Source: an uncultured Spirochaetota bacterium | GTDB taxonomy: Bacteria > Spirochaetota > Spirochaetia > SZUA-6 > CAVTHK01 | Length of the DNA stretch: 64,000 bases | Direction: 5' to 3' | NCBI GenBank assembly: GCA_963734495.1 | Contig: CAVTHK010000001.1 | Coordinates: forward strand, 704,001 to 768,000 | Part shown: piece by piece, positions 30,549-40,857 of the stretch | How the letters are laid out: the number at the start of each line of letters is the position of its first letter | Position numbering within the stretch: position 1 is the first letter of the stretch | Position numbers and translations under genes: made by a program | The notes under the pieces: model-generated | Told to the model about the DNA's origin: nothing | Seen by the model: the letters and a program-made list of their open reading frames with translations, nothing else | Database searches by the model: none

Positions 30549-31616
30549 ATGAGGAAAGTAACGGCTCTTGTCGTTTCACTGCTGCTGGTCGTCAGCCTCG
30601 GCCTTCTGGCCGGCTGCGCAGGAAAGAAGCCTCCGACAGTGGCGTTCCTTCTCCCGGAGAACGTGACGCCCCGATGGGAGGGAGCTGACGCGCCGCTGTT
30701 CAAGGCGGCGATGCAGAAGCTGATCCCGAACGTTCAGGTTGACGTCCTGAATGCGCTGAACGATCCGAGCAAGCAGCAGTCCCAGGCCGAAGCGGAGCTC
30801 ACGAAGGGCGCCAAGGTGCTCGTGGTCGCGGCTGTGGACCAGAAGGCTGCCGCGGTCATCGTCAACGCGGCGAACAAGCAGAAGGTCCCGGTGATCGCGT
30901 ATGACCGGCTGATCCGAGAGTCGCCGCTTGACTACTATGTCTCATTCGACAGCGTCGCCGTCGGCAAAGCAGAAGCGCAGTGGATAGCTGACAACACGAA
31001 GCAGGGCGCTCGGCTTGTGATCATCAACGGATCGCCGACGGACGACAACGCGCACCTGGTGAATCAGGGCATCCACGCGGTGCTCGATCCGCTGTTCAGC
31101 TCGAAGGCGCGCGTTTTGGTCGATGAGCAGTGGACGCCGGGCTGGGATCCCAGCAAGGCCCAGAATGAGATGGAGCAGATCCTGACAAAGGCCAACAACA
31201 AGGTCGACGGGGTCGTCTCGGCGAATGACGGAATGGCGGGCGGCATCATCGCCGCGCTCAAGGCACAGAAGCTCGCGGGCAAGGTCAAGACGACCGGCCA
31301 GGACGCTTCTCTCGAGGGCGTGCAGAACGTGCTCCTCGGATACCAGGGAACGACGGTGTTCAAGGACTTCCGGCTGCAGGCTCCGGCAGCGGCTGACATC
31401 GCGGCTGCGATCGTGCTAGGGAAGAAGCCCACGAGCACGAACGCGACGGTCAAGAATGGCCAGGTGGACGTGCCGTCGGTCATGCTGCAGGTGGTTCCCA
31501 TAGACCAGGGCAATGTCAAGACGCTCGCTACCAACGGCTGGATAGACAGCCAGTTCGGAGGGGTCAGCAAGGTCATGACTGGCCTGCCAGCGGACGCAGG
31601 CAAGTTGCTGCAGTAG
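30549..31616 (+). CDS. xylF: Monosaccharide (xylose-type) ABC substrate-binding lipoprotein
   Basis: Lipobox LAGC; RWEGAD; VIAYDRLI; GSPTDDNA; ANDGMAGG; TGQDA. Confidence 0.8.
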   Translation: MRKVTALVVSLLLVVSLGLLAGCAGKKPPTVAFLLPENVTPRWEGADAPLFKAAMQKLIPNVQVDVLNALNDPSKQQSQAEAELTKGAKVLVVAAVDQKAAAVIVNAANKQKVPVIAYDRLIRESPLDYYVSFDSVAVGKAEAQWIADNTKQGARLVIINGSPTDDNAHLVNQGIHAVLDPLFSSKARVLVDEQWTPGWDPSKAQNEMEQILTKANNKVDGVVSANDGMAGGIIAALKAQKLAGKVKTTGQDASLEGVQNVLLGYQGTTVFKDFRLQAPAAADIAAAIVLGKKPTSTNATVKNGQVDVPSVMLQVVPIDQGNVKTLATNGWIDSQFGGVSKVMTGLPADAGKLLQ

Positions 31617-31623
31617 CCCACCA

Positions 31624-32442
31624 TTGCCTGGCACCACGATGACACAGGAGGAAGGAGGCGGCCGACCGGCCGCCTCCTCCGCGCGCACGCCGATTCTCAA
31701 GATGCGCGGGATCTCGAAGCGGTATGGCGCTGTGCAGGCCCTCACGAAGGTCGACTTCGAAGTCTACGCAGGCGAAGTCGTGGCGCTCGTCGGCGACAAC
31801 GGAGCAGGGAAGTCCACCCTGATCAAATGCGTCGCCGGGACGCACACTCCCGATGAGGGGACGATACTGTTCGACGGGAAGGAGGTCCATCTCCATATGC
31901 CGAGCGATGCCACGCGGCTCGGCATCGAGACCGTCTACCAGGATCTGGCGGTCTGCGACAATTTGGACGTCGTTCAGAATATGTTCCTCGGGCGGGAGCG
32001 GGTTACGCGCCTGCTTCCCCCGATCGTCGAGATCCTCTCGGAGTTCGAGATGGAGAAACAGTCCCTCGACGTCCTGCAGACCCTGAGCGTGACAACGATT
32101 GCAAACGTGCGCGAGAAGGTGGCATCCCTTTCGGGCGGTCAGCGGCAGTCGGTCGCGATTGCCAGGGCTGCCATGTGGGATTCGAAGCTCGTGATTCTCG
32201 ATGAGCCGACGGCCGCGCTGGGCGTCGCTCAGACCGAGCAGGTCCTTGCCCTGATCCGGCGGCTGCGCGAGCACGGGCTGGGTGTCGTCGTCATCTCGCA
32301 CAACCTTCACGAAGTGTTCTCGATCGCCGATCGCATCATCGTACTCCGTCTGGGCCGCCGGGTGGCGACGTTCGAGCACGGGACCACAACTCCGGATGAG
32401 GTCGTCGCTGCCATCACCGGCGCTCGTGAGGCGGTGATGTGA
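31624..32442 (+). CDS. Sugar ABC ATP-binding protein (single domain)
   Basis: GDNGAGKST, LSGGQRQ, ILDEPT; start may be ATG 31639. Confidence 0.92.
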   Translation: MPGTTMTQEEGGGRPAASSARTPILKMRGISKRYGAVQALTKVDFEVYAGEVVALVGDNGAGKSTLIKCVAGTHTPDEGTILFDGKEVHLHMPSDATRLGIETVYQDLAVCDNLDVVQNMFLGRERVTRLLPPIVEILSEFEMEKQSLDVLQTLSVTTIANVREKVASLSGGQRQSVAIARAAMWDSKLVILDEPTAALGVAQTEQVLALIRRLREHGLGVVVISHNLHEVFSIADRIIVLRLGRRVATFEHGTTTPDEVVAAITGAREAVM

Positions 32443-33684
32443 CCGACCCCGAAAGCCCCGATCCCAAGCGGAGCACCACCGAAACGCCGCCGCGGCTGGC
32501 GCCGCAGAGCCTGCGCGGGCTGCTTTCGCGGTACAGCATCCAGCGCTGGCGGCATGGAGAGCTTGGTTCACTGCCGGTGGTCGTTGGCTTGATCTTGATC
32601 GCGGCATTCTTCGCGAGCCAGGAGCGCACATTCCTTTCGGCACGGAACATCTCGAATCTCATCGTCCAGATCGCCGCGATCGGCTCGGTGGCGGTCGGAA
32701 TCGTAATGGTACTGCTCCTGGGCGAGATCGATCTCTCTGTCGGCTCGTTGACCGGCCTGTGCTCGGCCCTGCTCGGGGTGCTGATCGTGAATCACGGGTG
32801 GCCGTGGTGGCTCGCCATCCTGGCCGCGATGGTGACCGGCATCCTCATCGGCGCCTTCCAGGGCGCCTGGTTCGCATACATCGGTGTGCCGTCCTTCGTC
32901 GTGACGCTGGCGGGGTTCCTGGCGTGGCAGGGGGTGCAGCTCCGCGTCCTTGGGTCGACCGGCACCGTCAACGTCTTCGAGCCGCACATCGGGAAGATTG
33001 CGCAATCGTTCCTGCCGGAGCCTTGGGGCTGGATCGTCGGACTCGGCGCGGCGGTCGCTCTCTGCGATCACGTTCTGGGGAACATGGCTCGGCAGACGCC
33101 GCACCGGTCTCGCGGCCGTTCCGCTGCTCGTCGTGCTCGCCCGCACCCTGTTGGTGATCGCGATTGCCGCGGCTTCCGTTTGGATCCTGAGCCGCTTCAA
33201 CGGCGTGCCGACCGCAGGGGTGATACTGCTCGCGCTCGTCGCGCTCTTTGCCTTTCTGACAACGCGGACCCGATTCGGCCGGTATGTCTTTGCGGTCGGG
33301 GGCAGTGCCGATGCCGCGCGCCGGGCGGGCATCCCCGTCGCCCGTGTCCGGATCGCCGTCTTCGCGCTCGCCGGGTTGATGGCTTCGATCGGAGGGATCG
33401 TCTTTGTCTCCCGGCTGACCGCCGCGAGCACGCAGACGGGCACCGGCACCTTCCTCCTGGAGGCAATCGCTGCAGCCGTCGTAGGTGGAACAAGCCTTTT
33501 CGGAGGACGAGGAAGCGTCTGGTCGGCGCTGCTGGGCGCGCTCGTGATCGGGAGCGTCTCCAACGGGCTCGACCTGATGGCGCAACCGCCTGAGATCAAG
33601 TACATGGTGGAAGGCGCCATACTCCTGGCCGCCGTCACCGTGGACGCCGTTGCCCGCCGGGGCCGCGCAGCCGCCGGGCGCTGA
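32439..33684 (+). CDS. xylH: Sugar ABC permease (XylH-like), frameshift near 33060
   Basis: GEIDLSVGS, PSFVVTLAG; second frame TRFGRYVFAVGG, AAVVGGTSLFGGRG. Confidence 0.8.
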
Positions 33685-33780
33685 TCTGTCCCCCGGGCCC
33701 TCGGTGGGCACGCAGGTCCGGAGCTTCACGCTCTCCTCGAAAATGTCTGGACCGAAACCTCTCTCGGGTGCTGCCTTGGG

Positions 33781-33818
33781 TTCGAAACCGCAGGTCGCAG
33801 GTTCAGTCCCACGCGGCA
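33781..33818 (+). repeat. Degenerate tRNA 3'-half (Arg-TCG-like), possible old att site
   Basis: TTCGAA-ACCGC-AGGTC-GCAGG-TTCAGT-CCCAC matches anticodon loop, variable loop and T-arm layout with decay. Confidence 0.4.
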
Positions 33819-33930
33819 AGTGGGACGTGCGGTCGAGGTCACGACCCGGCAGGAGTTCCCCGCGCCGGCATTCTGAGCGTTCAAGGCGCTCGGTCCAAGT
33901 CCAATCGCGTCAAAGATGGCCGCCTGTGAT

Positions 33931-33994
33931 CTGTTAGGCGTGTAGCACAAATGTGGCACACTGTACGCTCCAGACCGCCATGCAACGCCACAGT
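33931..33994 (+). repeat. Dispersed ~64-bp repeat, copy 2
   Basis: CTGTTAGGCGTGTAGCACAAATGTGGCACACTGTACGCTCCAGACCGCCATGCAACGCCACAGT. Confidence 0.85.
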
Positions 33995-34053
33995 CTCCTT
34001 TGACAGCGTGCAATCGCGGTGAGACACTCGGCGTATTCCGAAGGAGGTTAACC

Positions 34054-35700
34054 ATGTCTCGAAGCGCACTGCCATTGGTGGCTGTCTTGCTGGCCGCATG
34101 TGTGCTCGCCTGGGCCGGGCCCACGCCGGAGAAAGGATCGAGCACCAGTGGATCGGCCCCTGCCGCCTCCACGGCTGGTTCCGCGGGAGCGCCGGAGCCC
34201 ATCACGCTGCCGATCGTGAAAGAGAAGATCGTGCTCAAGACCTTCTGCAACTTCGAGCCCATCAAGGGCGGAGCGGCGATCAACAGCTATGCGGACATCC
34301 CCGCTTACAAAAGGATGCTCGAGCTCACCAACATCGAGATGCAATTCGTGCATCCTCCGGTCGGGCAGCAGAGGGAGCAGTTCAACCTCATGGTGGCCTC
34401 GGGGCAATACCCGGACATCATCGAGTGGGACTGGCTGTTCTACCCGGGTGGACCCGAGAAGGCGATCCAGGACAAGATCATCATCCCGCTGAACAAGGAG
34501 ATCGCTCAGTGGGCGCCGAACATCACCAAGATCCTCGCGGAGACTCCGGAGGTGCGGCGCCAGCTCATCACGGACACGGGCCTGCTGTACTGCTTCCCCT
34601 TCCTCCGCCTGGCTGAGGCCTGGCACGTTACCCGCGGCTTCCAGGCGAATGCCGCGTGGCTCAAGAAGCTCAACATCACGCCCCCGACGACGCTGGACGA
34701 TTTCTACAAGATGCTGGTGGCGTTCCGCACCAAGGATCCCAATGGCAACGGCAACCCGAACGACGAGCTCCCGCTGATCGCGCAGGGATTGCCCGCACTC
34801 ATGCAGCTCGCGGGCTCGTGGGGCATGACCGACCGCTTCTACAAGGTCGGCAACACGGTCAAGTTCGCTCCTGCCGACAAGGAGTACCTCGACTTTCTCA
34901 CCACGATGAACAAGTGGTACAACGAGAAGCTGATCGACCCGGACTTCGTCTCGACCACCGGCAATCAGTTCGACGCCAAGGTGTCCGGCAACATCGGCGG
35001 CGCGTGGCACGGGGCTCTCTCCGGCGGAATGGGACGGCTCATCCAGCTCATCCGCCAGAAGGATCCGAGCTTCTCGATCACGGGACTGCCCTTCCCCGCC
35101 GGGCCCGGCGGCAAGGGCTACAACATCTGGCCCGAGCGGCCGTTGTTCTACCCGGGGACGGGCGCGGGAATCAGCACGTCCTGCAAATACGTCAAGGAAG
35201 CGGTCAAGTACCTGGACTACGGCTATAGCCCCGAAGGCCATCGGCTGATGGTTTTCGGGATCGAAGGCCAGAGCTACAAGCTGGTCAACGGCGAGCCGGT
35301 CTTTACCGACATCGTCTCGAAGAACCCCACGCTGTCCGTCGACCAGGCTATCGGCCAATGGGCGCGGGGGACAAGCTCTCCGCCGCTCGTCTTCGACGAT
35401 GCCCTTTTCCGCGGCCGCATTTTCCTCCCCGAGCAGCAGGCTGCCTACAAGCTGTGGGTCCAAGCACCGTACGATCTGACCCTGCCACCCGTGACGCCGA
35501 CACCCGAAGAGGGCCGCAGGTTTGCCACGCTGATGAGCGGGTTGAACACGTTCATCGACGAGATGACGGCCAAATTCATCACAGGCAAGGAGCCGCTCGC
35601 CAACTGGGACAAGTACATGGCCACACTGAAGCAGCTCAATGTCGACGAGGCGCTTGCGCTGCGGCAGAAGGCGCTCGACCGGTACAACGCGCGGCAGTAG
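34054..35700 (+). CDS. Extracellular solute-binding protein (LplA-like), no adjacent permeases
   Basis: AAGGAGG RBS; EQFNLMVASGQYPD; DPNGNG; KWYNEKLIDPD; KFITGKEPLANWD. Confidence 0.92.
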   Translation: MSRSALPLVAVLLAACVLAWAGPTPEKGSSTSGSAPAASTAGSAGAPEPITLPIVKEKIVLKTFCNFEPIKGGAAINSYADIPAYKRMLELTNIEMQFVHPPVGQQREQFNLMVASGQYPDIIEWDWLFYPGGPEKAIQDKIIIPLNKEIAQWAPNITKILAETPEVRRQLITDTGLLYCFPFLRLAEAWHVTRGFQANAAWLKKLNITPPTTLDDFYKMLVAFRTKDPNGNGNPNDELPLIAQGLPALMQLAGSWGMTDRFYKVGNTVKFAPADKEYLDFLTTMNKWYNEKLIDPDFVSTTGNQFDAKVSGNIGGAWHGALSGGMGRLIQLIRQKDPSFSITGLPFPAGPGGKGYNIWPERPLFYPGTGAGISTSCKYVKEAVKYLDYGYSPEGHRLMVFGIEGQSYKLVNGEPVFTDIVSKNPTLSVDQAIGQWARGTSSPPLVFDDALFRGRIFLPEQQAAYKLWVQAPYDLTLPPVTPTPEEGRRFATLMSGLNTFIDEMTAKFITGKEPLANWDKYMATLKQLNVDEALALRQKALDRYNARQ

Positions 35701-35812
35701 CGTCAGGCTCGATGCGTGCGGGTGAGCAAGCCGCTCACCCGCACGCGCCGTGAGCTGGCTGAGGTTTCGGGCTCGAAGGGTTCGTACGGGCTTCGTTTCA
35801 TGGGAGGGCGCT

Positions 35813-36361
35813 ATGGACGTGTGGGAAGCGATCGAGAAGAGGCGGTCAATCCGCAGGTTCGCAGGTCCGGCCACCGAGGAGCAGCTGCGGAAGATCATCC
35901 TCGCGGGCACCAAGGCGCCCTCGGGCGGCAATCGCCAGGGCTGGGAGTTCGTCATCGTCGACGATCCGCAGTTGATCGAGCAGATCGCAGAAAGCAAGTA
36001 CCAGCAGAACCGCAAGGTCCCCCCCGGAGCGGGACAGACGAGCGAGGACGTCGAGAAAGGCGCGCGCCGCCAGAGGGAGTCCTTTGCCAACGCCAGCATC
36101 GTGGTCGTGTGCAACAAGGCGGGAGAGGCGGCGAGCGCCTGGCTCGCAGTGCAGAACATGTGCTTGGCCGCGGTTGCGGAGCGTCTGGGCACCGTCATCA
36201 CGGGCTTCGGGGGCGAGCACAAGCGCAGCGTCGAGCAAATCGTGGGCGTTCCCGAGGGCTACGAGATGGCCACCGTGGTGAAGATCGGCGTACCGGCTGA
36301 AAGCCCGTCACCGCCGCAGAGGCGGCCCGAGTTCAGCTGGCTGCACAAGAACCGGTTCTGA
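35813..36361 (+). CDS. Nitroreductase family protein
   Basis: AIEKRRSIRRF, APSGGNRQGWEF, AVQNMCLAA. Confidence 0.9.
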   Translation: MDVWEAIEKRRSIRRFAGPATEEQLRKIILAGTKAPSGGNRQGWEFVIVDDPQLIEQIAESKYQQNRKVPPGAGQTSEDVEKGARRQRESFANASIVVVCNKAGEAASAWLAVQNMCLAAVAERLGTVITGFGGEHKRSVEQIVGVPEGYEMATVVKIGVPAESPSPPQRRPEFSWLHKNRF

Positions 36362-37016
36362 AGTCTGTCCTCCCGAAAAGGAAGGGGCAGGCCGCATTCC
36401 CCGAGCGGACACCATAGGCGCGTGGAGCCACCGGCCTCCAAGCCGCCGGACCGGTGCCGCAAGGCAACTGTCAGGAATACGTGCAGCAGGCGCCACGTCG
36501 ACCATCCGACACAACTTCGCGACGTCGCTGATAGCGAAAACGGGTAAGCTCGAGGGAGTGCCGCAATACCTGGACCGCGCAGACGCAGCCACAACACTGC
36601 GCTTTTGCGTCCACGAAACGTTAAGTGACTCGGAGCTCGGGATCGAGAAGGCGAAGGAGTGAAGGCCAAGAGGAACCTCGTCGTCGAAACGCCAGGCGGG
36701 CTCTCAGTGTCAGGCAAAGTGGGCATACCTGCTCTGCACTAGGCAAGAAGGATGTCGAAAACCCTCCCTCGAGGACCTTGTGCCGTGGGAAGCTTCCTAT
36801 TCATGAGAGCGTGACGGTTACCTGTACGTGGCGGTCTCCATCCGCAAGGACAAGATCATCATGCTGCGGGTGCCCTGCGACACGCCGTGGCCGAGGCAGG
36901 ACGCCGGTCGTCGGTTCAACGTTGACAGATGATAGGGCGGGGTTTAGCATGTTTTTCACATACGTAGCGAGGAGCACACGACAGTCAGGGCAGCGATCGA
37001 TCGAGGAGGTCCACTC

Positions 37017-39041
37017 GTGAGCAGACGGATGCTTCTTTCCGCTTTCGTGGCGATCGTGGTGGGATTCCAGGTTTTCGCAAGCGGCAAGCCGGAGGGGAAA
37101 GAGGCCCCGCAGGCCGCCGCGTCTCCCAGCGCAGGAGTGGCGGCCATCAAGGGGCTGGTCCCCGACATGGTCAACTTCTTTGCGACCGTTGCTGACTACG
37201 AAAAGGCCAGCGGCAAAAAGCTCGGCGCACTGAAAGAAGCCCCGCAGCTCGCCGAGCAGTCCAAAGCGGGCAAGCTGCCGCCGCTGGCGCAGCGGGTCTC
37301 CGAAGAGCCCATGGTAATGGTCCCGCTGGAGAGTATCGGCAAGTACGGCGGGCGGATCCGATGCGCCGCGTTGAGCCCGGTGACCGGAGGTGCGGAGGCG
37401 TGGACGGCTAGGACGCAGCCGCTCCTGATGGTGGCCCCCAACCTGCAGGGCATCTCGCCAAACGTCGCCAAGGGCTGGGATTGGAACGACGATTTTTCGC
37501 AGCTCACGATCCACCTGCGGAAAGGCATGAAGTGGAGTGACGGCGCACCATTCACGGCCGACGATTTCCTTTTCTGGTACGAAGACATCCTGGCGAACAA
37601 GGACGTGACGACCACCCGGCCCGCCTCGTGGAGGCCGTTGCAGGCGGTCGACAAGGTCGACGAGACGACGGTACGCTTCCGTTTTTCGCAGCCCTACCCG
37701 AGTATCCTGAACGTGCTGGCTACGGAGGCGAGGTTGTACCTCGAAGTGCCGTTTGCACCCAAGCACTACCTGTCGCAGTTCCACCTCAAGTACAACCCCA
37801 AGGCAAACGAGCTGGCAAAGCAAAGGGGCGTGGACACCTGGGTGCAGCTGTTGCTCAGGCAGTACCCGAACGAAGTGCAGGAGCGCATGGATCCGGCGGT
37901 GCCGACGATCGACCCGTGGACCATGGTCAAGGTCGACCAGTTCGGCAACAAGTACTTTGACCGCAACCCGTACTACTGGAAGGTTGATCCCGAGGGCAAC
38001 CAGCTCCCGTACCTGGACGGCCAGGACCGTCTCCTCTTTGCGAACCTGGAGGCGGTGAGCTCCAAGGCCATCGCGGGAGAGCTGGACTACGTTCTGCAGT
38101 TCACGACCGCGGGCAACTATCCCCTGTACAAGGACAACGAGAGCCGCGGCAAGTACAAGACCAACATGTGGTTCGACGGCCGTGGCAACGTGCTCCTCTG
38201 CATGAGGCCGAACCTGAACCACAAGGACCCAGTGATGCGGCAGTTGTTCAACGACCTGCGTTTCCGCAAAGCCCTGTCCTACGCTGTGAACCGCGACGAG
38301 ATCAACGAGGTCATCTGGCGGGGACTCGCGACGCCGCGCGGCGCCATGGTGGACCCCGACGTCAGCTTCTACGAGCCCTGGATGGGCAAGAACTTTATCG
38401 AGTTCAAGCCCGACGAGTCGCGAAAGCTGCTCGACGAAATCGGGCTCAAGTGGGATGCCGACAAGAAGTACCGCCTCAGGCCCGACGGCAAGCCGCTGCA
38501 GGTCAACATCGAGTACTTCATCCTCGAGGACAAGATGGACGTCGGCGTCGAGATGATCAAGCAGAACTGGGAGGCCGTGGGCATCAAGGTGGCCACCAAG
38601 TCCATCGATGGGCCGCTGAGCAGCCAGCGCTTCGCGGCAGGCGAGCTGGACATCTACATCTGGAACATGGACCAGACGACGGAGATCGGCTTTCACGCCC
38701 GGCCGACCTATCACATGCCGCCGGGAAACGCCGTGCTCTGGACACAGTGGATCAACACCAACGGAGCGCAGGGAGAAAAGCCGCCCGAAGACGTTCTCAA
38801 GTACTACTCGCTCGCCACGGAGTTCCAGAAGTACCCGATCGGCCACCCCAAGTACAAGGAGATCGGCAAGCAGCTGCTGACCATCGCCGCCAACGACCTG
38901 TGGAACATCGGCGTGGCAGGCATCACGCCCAAGCCGAGCCTCGTCAAGAGCAGCCTGAAGAACGTGAAGAGGGCCGGCTCGTTCATCTACGACTATCGCT
39001 TCTGGATGATCTACCATCCCGAGCAGTGGTACTACGAGTGA
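37017..39041 (+). CDS. ABC substrate-binding protein, family 5 (peptide/oligosaccharide)
   Basis: GKLPPLAQRV, GKYGG, LRKGMKWSDGAPFTADD, RNPYYWKVDPEGNQLPYLD. Confidence 0.92.
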   Translation: MSRRMLLSAFVAIVVGFQVFASGKPEGKEAPQAAASPSAGVAAIKGLVPDMVNFFATVADYEKASGKKLGALKEAPQLAEQSKAGKLPPLAQRVSEEPMVMVPLESIGKYGGRIRCAALSPVTGGAEAWTARTQPLLMVAPNLQGISPNVAKGWDWNDDFSQLTIHLRKGMKWSDGAPFTADDFLFWYEDILANKDVTTTRPASWRPLQAVDKVDETTVRFRFSQPYPSILNVLATEARLYLEVPFAPKHYLSQFHLKYNPKANELAKQRGVDTWVQLLLRQYPNEVQERMDPAVPTIDPWTMVKVDQFGNKYFDRNPYYWKVDPEGNQLPYLDGQDRLLFANLEAVSSKAIAGELDYVLQFTTAGNYPLYKDNESRGKYKTNMWFDGRGNVLLCMRPNLNHKDPVMRQLFNDLRFRKALSYAVNRDEINEVIWRGLATPRGAMVDPDVSFYEPWMGKNFIEFKPDESRKLLDEIGLKWDADKKYRLRPDGKPLQVNIEYFILEDKMDVGVEMIKQNWEAVGIKVATKSIDGPLSSQRFAAGELDIYIWNMDQTTEIGFHARPTYHMPPGNAVLWTQWINTNGAQGEKPPEDVLKYYSLATEFQKYPIGHPKYKEIGKQLLTIAANDLWNIGVAGITPKPSLVKSSLKNVKRAGSFIYDYRFWMIYHPEQWYYE

Positions 39042-39056
39042 CGCGTTCCGCGCGTG

Positions 39057-39082
39057 GGGGAGAGGCGCTTTCGCCTCTCCCC
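39057..39082 (+). terminator. Perfect 11-bp hairpin after the binding-protein gene (terminator or mRNA stabiliser)
   Basis: GGGGAGAGGCG-CTTT-CGCCTCTCCCC. Confidence 0.55.
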
Positions 39083-39110
39083 GCGTGACCCGCGCTCCCG
39101 GCGGCACCGC

Positions 39111-39780
39111 GTGATCAGGTTCATCCTCCGTCGCTTTGCCTACATGATTCTCCTGCTCGTCGCGGTCTCCATCCTGGGATTCGTGGTGATCCAGCTGCCG
39201 CCCGGAGACTGGCTCAGCACCTACATCGTGCAGGTTCAGATGACGGGAGGCATCGTCGAGCAGCAGCAGGTGGATTCCCTCAGGCGCATGTACGGGCTGG
39301 ACCAGCCCCTCTACGCCCAATACGTCAAGTGGGTCGTGGGGATGCTCCGAGGCGACTTTGGGTACTCCTTCTTTTGGAAGCGTCCCGTGGCCGAGCTGAT
39401 CGGCGAGCGGATGGGCTACACGATTCTCATCAGCGGCCTCACGCTCCTGTTCAGCTACGGCGCGGCCATCTACATCGGTGTGTACTCCGCCACGCACCAG
39501 TATCGCGCGGGAGACTATGCGGCGACGGTGTTCGGCTTTATTGGGCTATCGACCCCTCCCTTTCTGCTGGCGCTCGTGCTCGTGTACTTCATCTTCAGGG
39601 CGTTCGGGATGAACGTCGTGGGCCTCTTTTCGCCGCAGTTCGTGGAGGCTCCCTGGAGCCTGGCCCGGGTCTGGGACATGCTGCTGCACCTGCCGGTGCC
39701 AGTCATCGTGGTGGGCGCGGCGGGGATTGCCGGCCTCCAGAGGATCATGCGGGCGACGCTTCTCGATGAGCTGAAATTCT
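39111..39780 (+). pseudogene. DppB/OppB-like permease, 3'-truncated
   Basis: IQLPPGD, YGLDQPLYAQY, GDFGYSF; similarity stops at RATLLDELK, before the EAA loop. Confidence 0.8.
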
Positions 39781-39799
39781 GGAGCTGGGCTCCACGAAG

Positions 39800-40763
39800 G
39801 GCCTGTTTCGGAGTGACTGGCGCGACCGTTTGCTTTTGAAGCCGAAGGCCGCGTGTTCATGATCGTGGGGGCCAGAGTCGAGGGCGATGAGACTGATGCC
39901 GTGCTTCCGATCTTCGAGGCCGAGGACGGGAGCATGCTCCGTTGGCGCTATCGCGGGATCATGTTTCGCAAGCCCTGGTGGAGCTGCCGTTCTTCGAATG
40001 CCAAAGCTCTTCCGCCTGCGTGACCGATGGGTGCTGGTCACTTCGCCGTTTGGTCCGGTCCGGTACTTCGCCGGCAGCTTCGACCCGAACGGGCGCGATT
40101 TGTCGAGGAGCACGAAGGCACGGTCGACTATAGCGAGCAGCACTATGCGAGTGAGAACGTTGTCGATGGCGAGGGCCACGCCTGGCTCATGGGTGGCTTA
40201 CGGGCTGGGCACCGCCGGCCACGACGGAGTCGGCTGGAATGGCTGCATGTCGCTCCCGCGACTGCTCGACCTGGACGCCGACAGACGCTTGATCCAGGTG
40301 CCGGCACCGCAGTTGGCCGAGCTGAGGGGCGAGCGGCTTCGGGTCTGGAGCTTCGAGTCGTCGACGGGGTGCGTTCGATCGAGCGCATCAGCGGTGACAC
40401 GATGGAGATTGCCTGCACCTCCGGCTGGTCAGAGGGGCACGAGGGGGGCTGAGGGTACGCTCCTCGTCCGAGGGGCGCGCCGGCGTAGACATCGGCATCG
40501 AGCAGCGACAGAGAGACACGTTCGGCGTAGCGGTCGACCGTTTCGGTGTTCCGTCGCACGTGGTGCCGGCGGACGGGCTCGTCGACTTCCGCATCTTTCT
40601 CGACCGGGACTTCGTCGAAGTCTTCGTAGCGGGAGGGAGAGCGTGCGTGAGCCTCAAGCTTTCGCGAAACCGGGCGGCCGACCTGCAGGTATCCGCATTC
40701 GCCGAAAGGGGCGAGGTACAGGTGGGGCCGCTCGACGCCTGGCCGATGAGCCCGATCTGGTGA
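39800..40763 (+). pseudogene. GH32 (beta-fructofuranosidase-like) relic, 5'-truncated and frameshifted
   Basis: Stitched frames give DWRD(P)FAF, WRYRG, FFEC(P)KLFRL, GWNGCMSLPR, IFLDRDFVEVF; no N-terminal NDPNG. Confidence 0.7.
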
Positions 40764-40857
40764 ATCGCAGCGGGGGAGAGTGGTGGGCACCTTGGCCCGG
40801 CGCGTGTGCGCGGGCCCCGGACGGACACGTCCGCAACCGTGTCGATGAGGAGGTTTT

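Noticed and set aside
36588-36625. Tn3-family 38-bp inverted repeat (ends ACGTTAAG)
   Set aside because: Lacks the terminal GGGG; no partner repeat or transposase seen
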